A stretch of 63,380 nucleotides of DNA from Bacteroidales bacterium UBA1182. GTDB lineage: Bacteria; Bacteroidota; Bacteroidia; Bacteroidales; Bacteroidaceae. The first letter of the stretch is position 1. The number at the start of each line of letters is the position of its first letter. Positions 42,401 to 50,999 of the stretch are shown piece by piece. The notes below the pieces were generated by a model that saw only the letters and a list, made by a program, of their open reading frames with translations, had not been told where the DNA came from and did not search any database. Where the stretch lies: assembly GCA_002310015.1 (NCBI GenBank), contig DBYQ01000058.1:1-63380 (forward strand). The letters are read 5' to 3'. A program made the translations under genes and the position numbers.

Positions 42401-44025
42401 CATTTTTTGTTTTTGTCTTGGTAGAGGAAGCGGCGGATCTTGTGCGTGGCGGTCTTGTTGAAGGGTTCTTTCATGACCTCTACGTCCTTGATCTTGAGGA
42501 AATGGCTCACCTTGGAGTTGACAAATTCCATCACCTCTTTCTTGCGGCGCTCTATGTTTTCAAGGAACTTTTCCTGTCCCTCCAGATTCCAGTCAACAGC
42601 GCCCTCGTTGAACTGGACAAGAGCTACAAGCTGTCCGGCGCGGCTTATTACGAGTGATTCATTCACGTCCGATATCTTGTTGATGACGCTCTCTATCTCC
42701 TCAGGGTAGATGTTCTCGCCCGATGCGCCTATGATTACGTTGCCTGATCGGCCCAGGATGGAGTATCGGCCCTTCTTGTCCATGGTGGCGATATCACCGG
42801 TGCGCATCCAGCCGTCATCAGTCATTACGGCACGGGTACGGGCGTAATCCTTGTAGTATCCCAGCATTACGTTGGGCCCTTTTACCTGCAGTTCGCCCTG
42901 ACCGGTCTCCGGGTTGACATCGGCCAGACGTACCTGCACCTCATATGATGCGGTGCCTGTAGTACCCAGATGTGTGCGCTTGGGGCCGGCATCGCATATC
43001 AGCGGGGCGGTCTCAGTGAGGCCGTAGCCTATTGCGTAGGGGAACTTGATGTTGCGCAGGAACTCCTCAACCTCGCGGTCCAGCTTGGAGCCGCCTATGC
43101 CAAAGAAACGTACGCGGCCGCCAAACTGCTGCTTTACCTTCTTGCCTACCAGGAAGTAGAGTATACGTGGGAAGTGTTTCTTGAGGTAGCGCAGGTACTT
43201 GCTGCCGGCTATTGTGGGGAATATCTTGCCGCGGATGACCTTCTCGATGATGAGTGGTACCGATAATATCGTGGTGGGGCGTATCTTGAGCAGAGCCTGG
43301 CTCAGTATGGTGGGAGTGGGAGGCTTCTGGATGTAATAGACGGGGCAGCCGGTGGAGAGCGGATAGAGCATGCCTATGCTCATCTCGTATGTATGGGCCA
43401 GCGGCAGGATGGACAGGAATACGTCCTTGCGGCGATATACCTTGTGCGCATACCATGCCTCAAGCACGTTGTGGCAGAAGTTGCGGTGGCTCAGCATCAC
43501 GCCTTTGGCATTACCTGTGGTGCCCGATGTGTAGATGATGGCGGCAATATCAGTGGCATCGGGTACTTTACTGCGTCCATCGCATGTATAGCTCTCATCC
43601 TCAGCTTTGATAAGGTCAAATGTGCTGATATCTATTATGATATTCAGGCGGTTATATGATTCTCTACTTATCTTGAGGAGTTGTTTTTGGCTTACGAATG
43701 CGGCCTTTGCTTCAGAGTGGACTAGGATATTCTCAACCTCATTTGGTGAAAGATCAGGTAACATGGGCACTGCAATTCGGCCGTGTGCTGTTATTGCGAA
43801 GAAGGCTACTGCCCAGTTGGGCATGTTCTCTGAGAGGATGGCTACCTTATCGGCCGGATTGAGTCCGAATGTGCCAAGCAGGCCTGACAGCTGATCGGCC
43901 TTGTCCCTGAACTGTGAGTATGTGTAGCTGCAGCCACCGTCCACAAAATCCGATGCAAGGCGGTTGCGGTTTACGTTTGTTGTGTATTCAAGCAGATCGG
44001 CAAGTGTTGTGAATCTGTGTCTCAT
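42400..44025 (-). CDS. long-chain fatty acid--CoA ligase (AMP-binding)
   Basis: AIIYTSGTTGNAKGVMLSHRN AMP-binding motif, GYGLTE and TGDIA. Confidence 0.85.
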   Translation of the reverse strand: MRHRFTTLADLLEYTTNVNRNRLASDFVDGGCSYTYSQFRDKADQLSGLLGTFGLNPADKVAILSENMPNWAVAFFAITAHGRIAVPMLPDLSPNEVENILVHSEAKAAFVSQKQLLKISRESYNRLNIIIDISTFDLIKAEDESYTCDGRSKVPDATDIAAIIYTSGTTGNAKGVMLSHRNFCHNVLEAWYAHKVYRRKDVFLSILPLAHTYEMSIGMLYPLSTGCPVYYIQKPPTPTILSQALLKIRPTTILSVPLIIEKVIRGKIFPTIAGSKYLRYLKKHFPRILYFLVGKKVKQQFGGRVRFFGIGGSKLDREVEEFLRNIKFPYAIGYGLTETAPLICDAGPKRTHLGTTGTASYEVQVRLADVNPETGQGELQVKGPNVMLGYYKDYARTRAVMTDDGWMRTGDIATMDKKGRYSILGRSGNVIIGASGENIYPEEIESVINKISDVNESLVISRAGQLVALVQFNEGAVDWNLEGQEKFLENIERRKKEVMEFVNSKVSHFLKIKDVEVMKEPFNKTATHKIRRFLYQDKNKK

Positions 44026-44573
44026 TTTGTAAGGTATTTGTTGGGATGACGTCCTTTAAGGTTCATGCTTTCATATATTTCCTGGATGCGGCGGGTATCG
44101 GCGTTGGCATCATCTGTAAGCTCAAATTTCTGATCTACCGCGATTCTTTTGCGGCCCCAGTCAAAGTAGCAGAGGTAAACGGGGATGTTTGCTGCCTTGG
44201 CAATGAAGTGATAGCCGGTTTTCCAGCGGCTCACTGGCTTGCGTGTGCCCTCTGGGGCGATTGCCAGATGCATCAGGTCTGTCTTTTCCATCTCTTTAAG
44301 TACGGAACGGACCACTGCGCCGGGATGCTTTCTATCCACAGGTATGCCTCCGATGGCTCTCAAGATCCAGCCTAAGGGCGGGAAGAAGAGGCTTTTCTTT
44401 ACCATGCAGAAAGTTTTGCCGCCTATGGATACGTAGAACAGGTATGCCACAACAAAGTCAAGCATTGATGTATGGGGTACTCCCAGAAGTATGCACTTGG
44501 GTTCAGGGGGGAGGAATGTGCTCTTTTCCCAGCCCCAGACTTTGAGTATCCATCCGCAGAATTTACGCCACAT
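44022..44573 (-). CDS. 1-acyl-sn-glycerol-3-phosphate acyltransferase family protein
   Basis: HTSMLD (HX4D) and IAPEGTR motifs. ATGA overlap with the downstream ligase gene. Confidence 0.7.
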   Translation of the reverse strand: MWRKFCGWILKVWGWEKSTFLPPEPKCILLGVPHTSMLDFVVAYLFYVSIGGKTFCMVKKSLFFPPLGWILRAIGGIPVDRKHPGAVVRSVLKEMEKTDLMHLAIAPEGTRKPVSRWKTGYHFIAKAANIPVYLCYFDWGRKRIAVDQKFELTDDANADTRRIQEIYESMNLKGRHPNKYLTK

Positions 44574-44597
44574 AAGGTTTGTTTTTTAATAAGGCTG

Positions 44598-44605
44598 CAA
44601 AATTA
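44598..44605 (-). promoter_or_regulatory. candidate -7 box TAATTTTG (minus strand)
   Basis: The reverse complement of caaaatta matches TAnnTTTG, about 25 nt upstream of the ATG at 44573. Confidence 0.4.
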
Positions 44606-44682
44606 CTCATTCACTATGGTACTTTTTGTATACTTATTATAAATGTGGTTAATGCGCTTGGGTTTGTGGCGAAATGAGTGGG

Positions 44683-44868
44683 GGAATTGAGGGGTTATAC
44701 CCTCCTGAAACTACGCGCCTTGCGGCGCTATCCCTCCCATCCCTAATAAGACGCTCTGAAAGACGTGAACAAGTTCCCATCTTCCAGAGCATCTTCTTAG
44801 TGACGGGCCCCTCCCTCTGACGCGCCGAGGGTGGCGACGGTTTCTGGAGGGTATAACCCCTCAATTCC
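44683..44868. other. GC-rich multi-hairpin element (candidate structured RNA or MITE)
   Basis: A perfect 23-bp closing stem (44683-44705 with 44846-44868), extended by gaaac/gtttc. A central 17/20-bp hairpin at 44743-44800. Two C-rich unpaired tracts and two small GC hairpins. Confidence 0.45.
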
Positions 44869-44887
44869 GCTCACTGGGAGAGATATG

Positions 44888-44959
44888 ATACAATTGGGGA
44901 CAGACCCCTTTTGTATCATTTTCGAAAATAGTACAAAAGGGGTCTGACCCCAATTGTAT
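44888..44959. repeat. REP doublet
   Basis: atacaattggggacagaccccttttgtat (44888-44916) and gtacaaaaggggtctgaccccaattgtat (44931-44959), inverted. Confidence 0.9.
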
Positions 44960-44969
44960 CATTTTTGTT

Positions 44970-44977
44970 TATCTTTG
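44970..44977 (+). promoter_or_regulatory. candidate -7 box TATCTTTG
   Basis: TAnnTTTG match 24 nt upstream of the ATG at 45001. Confidence 0.45.
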
Positions 44978-45000
44978 CAGTCGTTTTAGAAAACTTTGAA

Positions 45001-46146
45001 ATGAGTAAGAGTTACGAGGAGATTAATGATAAGATCCGCAAGGGTAAGGCAGTGGTGCTTACGGCCGAGGAGGTATCGGAAATGGCCAAGACCATGAAGC
45101 CCAAGGAGATTCTTGACAAGGTTGATGTGGTTACTACCGCTACATTCGGCGCAATGTGCTCAAGCGGCGCGTTCCTGAACTTTGGTCACGCTAATCCGCC
45201 TATCCGCATGGAGAGGATTGAGATAAACGGCGTGCCTGTAAGCGGCGGCCTGGCTGCTGTGGATACTTTTGTGGGTGCTACTGACTGCAACCCGCAGAAC
45301 CCCACATACGGCGGCGCACACATAATCCAGGAGCTGATTGACGGTAAGGAACTGACTCTGGAGGCTTGGGGTAAGGGCACTGACTGCTACCCGCGCAAGC
45401 ATATCAAGACCCAGATAAGCCTTAAGACCATCAATGAGGCCATACTGATGAATCCGCGTAACGCATATCAGAACTATAATGTGGCAGTGAACTCTACAGA
45501 CCGCACGCTCTATACTTATATGGGCACTCTGCTGCCGCGCATGAAGAATGCGTCGTACAGCTCGGCTGGTGAGCTTTCACCTTTGCTGAATGATCCTGAG
45601 TGCAGGACCATAGGATTGGGTACACGCATTTTCCTTTGCGGAACTCAGGGTTATGTGGTTTGGAACGGCACTCAGTTCAACTGCTCAAAGCCGCTCAATG
45701 AATATGGCGTTCCGATGGGTAATGCTCGTACATTGGCCCTGATGGGTGAGATGCGTGAGATGTCGAGCGAGTTCCTGCGCGGAGCTTATTTTGAGAAATA
45801 CGGTGTTACGATGTACGTAGGCGTGGGTGTTCCAATTCCGCTGCTGGATGAGGACTTGGCTCACCGCGTAAGTATACGTAACAGCCAGATTGATACTTTC
45901 ATTGAGGATTACGGCTGTAAGGGTGACCTTATTGGTAAGGTTAATTATGAGCAGTTGCGCTCCGGTGAGATTGAATTCATGGGTAAGAAGATCCATACCG
46001 CTCCGCTTTCAAGTCTTTATAAGGCACGCAAGATTGCCGCCATTCTTAAGGATTGGATAGAGAAGGGACAGTTTGAACTGACCGCTCCTGTACGCCCGAT
46101 GCCTACGGGGACGTCACTTCAGGGACTTAAAGATTTAAACTTGTAA
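45001..46146 (+). CDS. homocysteine biosynthesis protein (DUF39 / COG1900, aspartate-semialdehyde sulfurtransferase-like)
   Basis: N-terminus SKSYEEINDKIRKGKAVVLTAEE and VDVVTTATFG are typical of the DUF39 family. ~381 aa. Confidence 0.75.
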   Translation: MSKSYEEINDKIRKGKAVVLTAEEVSEMAKTMKPKEILDKVDVVTTATFGAMCSSGAFLNFGHANPPIRMERIEINGVPVSGGLAAVDTFVGATDCNPQNPTYGGAHIIQELIDGKELTLEAWGKGTDCYPRKHIKTQISLKTINEAILMNPRNAYQNYNVAVNSTDRTLYTYMGTLLPRMKNASYSSAGELSPLLNDPECRTIGLGTRIFLCGTQGYVVWNGTQFNCSKPLNEYGVPMGNARTLALMGEMREMSSEFLRGAYFEKYGVTMYVGVGVPIPLLDEDLAHRVSIRNSQIDTFIEDYGCKGDLIGKVNYEQLRSGEIEFMGKKIHTAPLSSLYKARKIAAILKDWIEKGQFELTAPVRPMPTGTSLQGLKDLNL

Positions 46147-46157
46147 ATCAGCACGTT

Positions 46158-46568
46158 ATGACAAAGAAAGTAGTTATTTCATTCCCTGATGGCGAGGCCA
46201 GCCGCCCGCTTATTTATGAGCTGATTAAGAAGTTTGACATCATGGTCAGCATCATCAAGGCCGATATTGACGGAGGTCGACGTGGCAAACTTGTACTTGA
46301 ACTTGATTCTGACTCTGAGCATATCCGCAGGGCCATTGATTTCATGAAGGAGAGTGGGGTGGATGTAAGTCCGCTTGAAAAGAAAATAAGCTATGATGAC
46401 AGCAAGTGCGTGAGCTGCGGTGCATGTACATCGGCCTGTCCATCAGGTGCCCTCTCAATCGGCGCCCCGGATTGGAAGCTCCGTTTCCAGCCCGATAAGT
46501 GCGTGGTATGCAAGCTCTGCATCACTGCATGCCCGCTCAAGCTCTTCCACATAGAGTTTGCTGACTGA
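46158..46568 (+). CDS. NIL domain / 4Fe-4S ferredoxin protein
   Basis: N-terminal NIL-like domain, then two CxxCxxCxxxCP clusters (CVSCGACTSACP, CVVCKLCITACP). Confidence 0.75.
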   Translation: MTKKVVISFPDGEASRPLIYELIKKFDIMVSIIKADIDGGRRGKLVLELDSDSEHIRRAIDFMKESGVDVSPLEKKISYDDSKCVSCGACTSACPSGALSIGAPDWKLRFQPDKCVVCKLCITACPLKLFHIEFAD

Positions 46569-46581
46569 TATTACAGTTCCT

Positions 46582-47331
46582 ATGGAATATAAGGAACGCA
46601 CATACAGGACCCGTTTTGCTGGCGATGCCCGCCGCTGGTTCTGCGTAAAGTTCCTTGAATCAGACCTTTGGATAGGAGTCGACAGCGGCTCCTATTCTGC
46701 GTCTATGGAGGCCGATGTTTATGCGATGCTCGTGGAGTTACGCCGCGCTATGGATGCGTATCTGCTTATGGATCCCGGGTATAAGGCCGCTCTTACGCCT
46801 TATGATGCAGGTCTTGAAGCTCTTTCCATCCTGCAAGAGATGTCGCGCGTGAGCCACAAAACCGGAATTGGCCCCATGAGTGCTGTAGCCGGTGCTGTTG
46901 CTCTGCGCGTAGCCGATTTTATCAAGAGCAGGTATGCCGTAAAAGAGGTAATCGTAGAGAACGGAGGTGATATCTACGCCGAAGCAACGAGCGATATGGA
47001 TATAAGCGTCTTTGCCGGTCAGTCCCCATTATCCGAAAGAGTAGGGCTCCACATCCCCGCATCGGCCTTCCCCCTAGGAATCTGCACCTCCAGCGGCACC
47101 GTAGGCCCCTCCCTAAGCCTAGGTAGAGCCGATGCCATGCTGATAATCTGCAAAGACGTCCTGCTAGCCGACAGCTACGCGACAGCCTTTGCCAACCGCA
47201 TCCAAACCGTAAACGACCTCCAACCCGTAATAGATCGCATTTCTAATACTCCTGCTATTCAAGGAGCGTTAGCCGTAAAAGACGACCGCCTTGCAGTATG
47301 CGGCCTCTACGAGCTGAGACTTTTCAAATAA
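46582..47331 (+). CDS. UPF0280 (COG2122, ApbE-like) family protein
   Basis: ERTYRTRF...VKFLESDLWIGVD N-terminal pattern and GPMSAVAGAVA. ATG at 46582 preferred over TTG at 46558. Confidence 0.65.
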   Translation: MEYKERTYRTRFAGDARRWFCVKFLESDLWIGVDSGSYSASMEADVYAMLVELRRAMDAYLLMDPGYKAALTPYDAGLEALSILQEMSRVSHKTGIGPMSAVAGAVALRVADFIKSRYAVKEVIVENGGDIYAEATSDMDISVFAGQSPLSERVGLHIPASAFPLGICTSSGTVGPSLSLGRADAMLIICKDVLLADSYATAFANRIQTVNDLQPVIDRISNTPAIQGALAVKDDRLAVCGLYELRLFK

Positions 47332-47383
47332 AAGGGCTAAAGACCCAAACTGAAAAAGTCTCGCACATTATTTTATTTCGCTA

Positions 47384-47478
47384 ACGCGAAAAGCGCGCGA
47401 CCAGTGGGAGGGGCCCGCGCCATAGGCGTGGGAGGGCCGGCCGAAGGCCGCTTTTGGAAGGGTATCACCCCTTTTTTA
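47384..47478. other. GC-rich hairpin element related to 44683-44868 (truncated, opposite orientation)
   Basis: Shares GGGAGGGGCCCG (12/12), TGGGAGGG and the terminal GGA(A/G)GGTAT(C/A)ACCCCT hairpin, in the same order as the minus strand of the first element. Followed by a T-run. Confidence 0.5.
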
Positions 47479-47537
47479 TTTGGAAAGTCGCTGTTAAATA
47501 CCTATCTTCGCAAGCAATAAAACCAACCAAATATAGT

Positions 47538-50096
47538 ATGAGAAAGATTTTATTAGTCCTAAGCGTGTTTGCGCTTACGTGTGCATCGGCCATTGCTGCC
47601 GATAACAAAGGCATTTCATTTAATGAATTATCCGGTGACAGATTTACCCTTATTGAGAACGGCAAACCCGTGCAGATTCTGGCCGATGAGGCTGATAAGA
47701 GCGGTGTTCAGATTGCTCTGAAGGCTTTGCAGAAGGATTTCAAGGCTGTAGCAGGGCAGGAGGCTAAGGTGATTTATGATGCAGCCGGCATAAGCGGTAA
47801 GCCTGTGATTGTAGGTACAATTGACAGCAAGTACATTGCCCAGATTATCAAGGCTAAGAAGATCAACAAGAAGGATCTGCAGGGCAAGCGTGAAAAGTAC
47901 ATCATGACTGTTGTGGAGAATCCTATCAAGGGTATTGATGAGGCTATGGTGATTGCAGGTAGCGATATGCGCGGTGCCATTTACGGTATATATGAATTGT
48001 CTGAGCAGATTGGCGTATCTCCCTGGTACTACTGGGCTGACGTTCCAATTGAGCATCAGGATAACATTTCATTGGCTAAGGGCACTTATACCGCAGGTGA
48101 GCCTGCAGTGACCTATCGTGGCATATTCCTGAATGATGAGGCTCCGTGCCTTACCACATGGGTCAAGAATACATTCGGCACACAGCGCGGCGGACATGAG
48201 TTCTACGCATGCTGCTTTGAACTGATCCTGCGTCTGCGCGGTAACTTTATGTGGCCCGCCATGTGGGACTGGGCATTCTATGCTGATGATCCTGAGAACT
48301 CCAAGACAGCCAATGACATGGGCGTGATAATGGGAACATCTCACCATGAGCCGATGGCCCGCAACCATCAGGAATGGGCCCGTAACCCCAAGGCATACGG
48401 CGGCCAGTGGGACTATACCACCAACAAGCAGGAGCTGCAGAGGTTCTTCCGTGAGGGCGTGGAGCGCGCCAAGAATACCGAGGACCTTATTACTATAGGT
48501 ATGCGCGGTGACGGCGATGCCGAACTGCGCGGCAGCGACGAGGACAATATGAAGATGCTGGAGGGCCTCTTTGCCGACCAGCGCCAGATAATCAAGGAGG
48601 TAACCGGAAAGCCTGCCGAGCAGCGTCCGCAGGTATGGGCACTCTACAAGGAGGTTCAGACCTATTATAACAAGGGTTTGCGCGTGCCTGACGATGTGAT
48701 CATCCTTTTGTCCGATGACAACTGGGGCGATATCCGCCGTCTGCCCAATGCCGAGGAGCGCAAGCGTAAAGGCGGCTGGGGTATGTACTATCATGTGGAC
48801 TATGTAGGTGCACCGCGTAACTCAAAGTGGTTGAATATCACTCCGATACAGCACCTTTGGGAGCAGATGCAGCTTACATACGATTACGGAGTTGACAAAA
48901 TCTGGGTGCTTAATGTTGGTGACCTCAAGCCTATGGAGTATCCCATCACACTGTTCCTGGATATGGCCTGGAACCCCACATCATTCACCGTTGACAACCT
49001 GCTGGATCACACCTACGAGTTCTGCAAGGAGTTCTTCGGTGAGGAGGAGGCTCAGGAGGCTGCTCGCATACTGAACCTTTGCTGCAAGTACAACGGCCGT
49101 ATAAGCGCCGAGATGCTTGATGCCCGTCAGTACTACACACTTGAGACCGGTGAGTTTGAGCAGGTTTGCGATGATTACGCACGTCTGGAGGCTGAGGCTC
49201 TGCGTCAGTATCTGAGACTCAAGCCTGAGTACCGCGATGCTTATCAGCAGATAATACTGTTCCCCGTACAGGCTATGGGTAACATCTATGACATGTACTA
49301 CAGCCAGGCCATGAACCAGAAGCTGGCCCGCAACAATGATCCGGCTGCAAACTACTGGGCTGAGCGTTGCGAGCGTGACTTTAAGCGTGATGCCGAGCTC
49401 TGCGCCTATTATAATAAGGAGATGGCCGGCGGCAAGTGGAACGGCATGATGATCCAGAAGCACATTGGCTATACATCATGGAACGATAATTTCCGCGCCG
49501 ATACACAGCCGCGCGTAAGCCGCGTTGAGGTGGGAGAGAAGAATGGAGGATACGTTTTCACTCAGAAGGATGGCGTTGTTGCCATGGAGGCTGAGCACTA
49601 CTATTCACAAAATGCAGTTACCACCGGTTCAGCCAAGTGGACTACAATTCCTTTCATGGGCCGAACGCTGTCAGGCGTGGCTTTGATGCCTTACAGCCAG
49701 CCTACCGATGGCGCCAGCATGACCTATAAGTTCAATCTTAATGATGATGTTGATAATCTCTCAGCTGTGATTGCAGTTAATGCCACATTGACATTCTACC
49801 GTCTTGAGGGACACCGCTACATGGTAAGCCTGGATGGCGGTCAGGAGGTTGAAGTTGTGTTCAATGAGCGTCTGAATGAGGATCAGCGTAACATTTACTC
49901 AGTTTACTATCCCACAGTTGCTACCCGTGTCAAGGATGACCGCGTACAGCTGGGCAAGGCTGCCAAGGGCGAGCATACACTGACTATCCGTCCTATTGAG
50001 CCGGGAACCGTGTTTGAGAAGGTTGTGATTGATGCTGGCGGGTATATTAAGAGCTATCTCTTCATGCCGGAGTCTCCGTACGTCAGGGAAAATTGA
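47538..50096 (+). CDS. glycoside hydrolase family 115-like protein (alpha-glucuronidase)
   Basis: Signal peptide. GSDMRGAIYGIYELSEQIGVSPWYYWADVP and YRGIFLNDEAP blocks as in GH115. The last codons and the stop fall in a heptamer array. Confidence 0.65.
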   Translation: MRKILLVLSVFALTCASAIAADNKGISFNELSGDRFTLIENGKPVQILADEADKSGVQIALKALQKDFKAVAGQEAKVIYDAAGISGKPVIVGTIDSKYIAQIIKAKKINKKDLQGKREKYIMTVVENPIKGIDEAMVIAGSDMRGAIYGIYELSEQIGVSPWYYWADVPIEHQDNISLAKGTYTAGEPAVTYRGIFLNDEAPCLTTWVKNTFGTQRGGHEFYACCFELILRLRGNFMWPAMWDWAFYADDPENSKTANDMGVIMGTSHHEPMARNHQEWARNPKAYGGQWDYTTNKQELQRFFREGVERAKNTEDLITIGMRGDGDAELRGSDEDNMKMLEGLFADQRQIIKEVTGKPAEQRPQVWALYKEVQTYYNKGLRVPDDVIILLSDDNWGDIRRLPNAEERKRKGGWGMYYHVDYVGAPRNSKWLNITPIQHLWEQMQLTYDYGVDKIWVLNVGDLKPMEYPITLFLDMAWNPTSFTVDNLLDHTYEFCKEFFGEEEAQEAARILNLCCKYNGRISAEMLDARQYYTLETGEFEQVCDDYARLEAEALRQYLRLKPEYRDAYQQIILFPVQAMGNIYDMYYSQAMNQKLARNNDPAANYWAERCERDFKRDAELCAYYNKEMAGGKWNGMMIQKHIGYTSWNDNFRADTQPRVSRVEVGEKNGGYVFTQKDGVVAMEAEHYYSQNAVTTGSAKWTTIPFMGRTLSGVALMPYSQPTDGASMTYKFNLNDDVDNLSAVIAVNATLTFYRLEGHRYMVSLDGGQEVEVVFNERLNEDQRNIYSVYYPTVATRVKDDRVQLGKAAKGEHTLTIRPIEPGTVFEKVVIDAGGYIKSYLFMPESPYVREN

Positions 50097-50205
50097 GAAT
50101 TGAAAATTATAAAAAAGGTTCGGAAAACTCCGAACCTTTTTTAATGTCGCGGGTTATTACGCAGGTGCTTGTTAATTTTCAATTTTCAATTTTCAATTCT
50201 CAATT
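50091..50205. repeat. heptamer-armed cassette H8 (module A)
   Basis: aattgagaattgaaaatt, a hairpin, AATGTCGCGGG, TTACGCAGGTGCTTGTT, then aattttcaattttcaattttcaattctcaatt. Confidence 0.9.
50111..50142. terminator. bidirectional terminator hairpin (cassette core)
   Basis: aaaaaaggttcggaaaactccgaacctttttt between convergent genes. Confidence 0.7.
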
Positions 50206-50937
50206 CTAAAAGTCCAAGCTTACCGTGAGCCCAAAAGCGGGGGACTTATCGGTAGGTAGGAATACTGTGGGTTCAAACTCAAACTGCAGGAGTTTGGCAG
50301 CCTGCCTTAATTCAAGTTCATTGTTGTACTCATCCGCTATCTTTTCTATCGCTCGTTTAGCCTTACCTCTGCCTATGCGGCCCCAGCAATAGAATGTGAG
50401 TGCCGGTACTGCTAATGCTCCTGAGATTATGTATAGCTTCTCTGACAGCCCAGGATCATCATCCGATCTGTGAGTGGCCGCTATAAGTGTAAGGATTGCG
50501 GTGGGAACAATAAGTATGGTTCCTATGGTTTCCTTATTATCGGCTTTAATGAAACTTTTACGGGCAGCATCAAATCTCTCAAACTGAACGGAATCCAGAA
50601 GCTGCTTCAAATCATCGTCACGGATAGCGTTGCCTGCGCCTCGGCCCTCTACGAAAGTAAGGTTAGCACTGCTTCTTTCAAGAGCCGTGCTGTCATTAAG
50701 GGTGTTGAAGCTACCCCAGCCGCCAAAGCCGCCGCCCATACCGCCACGACCTCCACCGCCTCCAAAGCCGCCTCCGCCGCCCATGCCCATACCGCCGCCG
50801 AAGCCGCCGCCTCCGCCCATACCACCGCCTCCACCGAAGCCACCTCCGCCGCCTCCGCCACGCTGAGCAAAGGTTACAACAGAAATCATCAGTATAAAAA
50901 ACAGTGTAATGGTTCTTTTGAGGTTCATATCGGGCAT
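50206..50937 (-). CDS. Gly-rich membrane-associated protein (hypothetical)
   Basis: Signal peptide, a ~50-aa block QRGGGGGGGFGGGGGMGGGGGFGGGMGMGGGGGFGGGGGRGGMGGGFGGWG, and two predicted TM helices. Ends in ...TVSLDF. An alternative ATG lies at 50928. Confidence 0.6.
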   Translation of the reverse strand: MPDMNLKRTITLFFILMISVVTFAQRGGGGGGGFGGGGGMGGGGGFGGGMGMGGGGGFGGGGGRGGMGGGFGGWGSFNTLNDSTALERSSANLTFVEGRGAGNAIRDDDLKQLLDSVQFERFDAARKSFIKADNKETIGTILIVPTAILTLIAATHRSDDDPGLSEKLYIISGALAVPALTFYCWGRIGRGKAKRAIEKIADEYNNELELRQAAKLLQFEFEPTVFLPTDKSPAFGLTVSLDF

Positions 50938-50999
50938 AGTAATTTACCGGGTTAGAGTTCTAATTTCCTATTAGACTCCATTCAGCCTTTTTGGTTTAA

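Noticed and set aside
44649-44864. 71-codon ORF on the minus strand
   Set aside because: It lies entirely within the GC-rich multi-hairpin element. Its sequence is dictated by the inverted repeats, and there is no plausible start context.
44574-45000. SAM or other riboswitch controlling the homocysteine operon (similarly for metY at 16454-16622)
   Set aside because: Candidate -7 boxes lie only ~25-60 nt from the start codons, leaving leaders too short for a riboswitch. The structured element lies upstream of the promoter, and I could not match SAM-I/II consensus blocks by eye.
50630-50866. Pro-rich ORFs antisense to the Gly-rich genes (also 50470-50955, 24391-24690, 51721-51939, 52294-52566)
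   Set aside because: These are mirror-image artefacts of GGN-rich coding sequence on the opposite strand. The sense-strand genes have signal peptides and recognisable domains.
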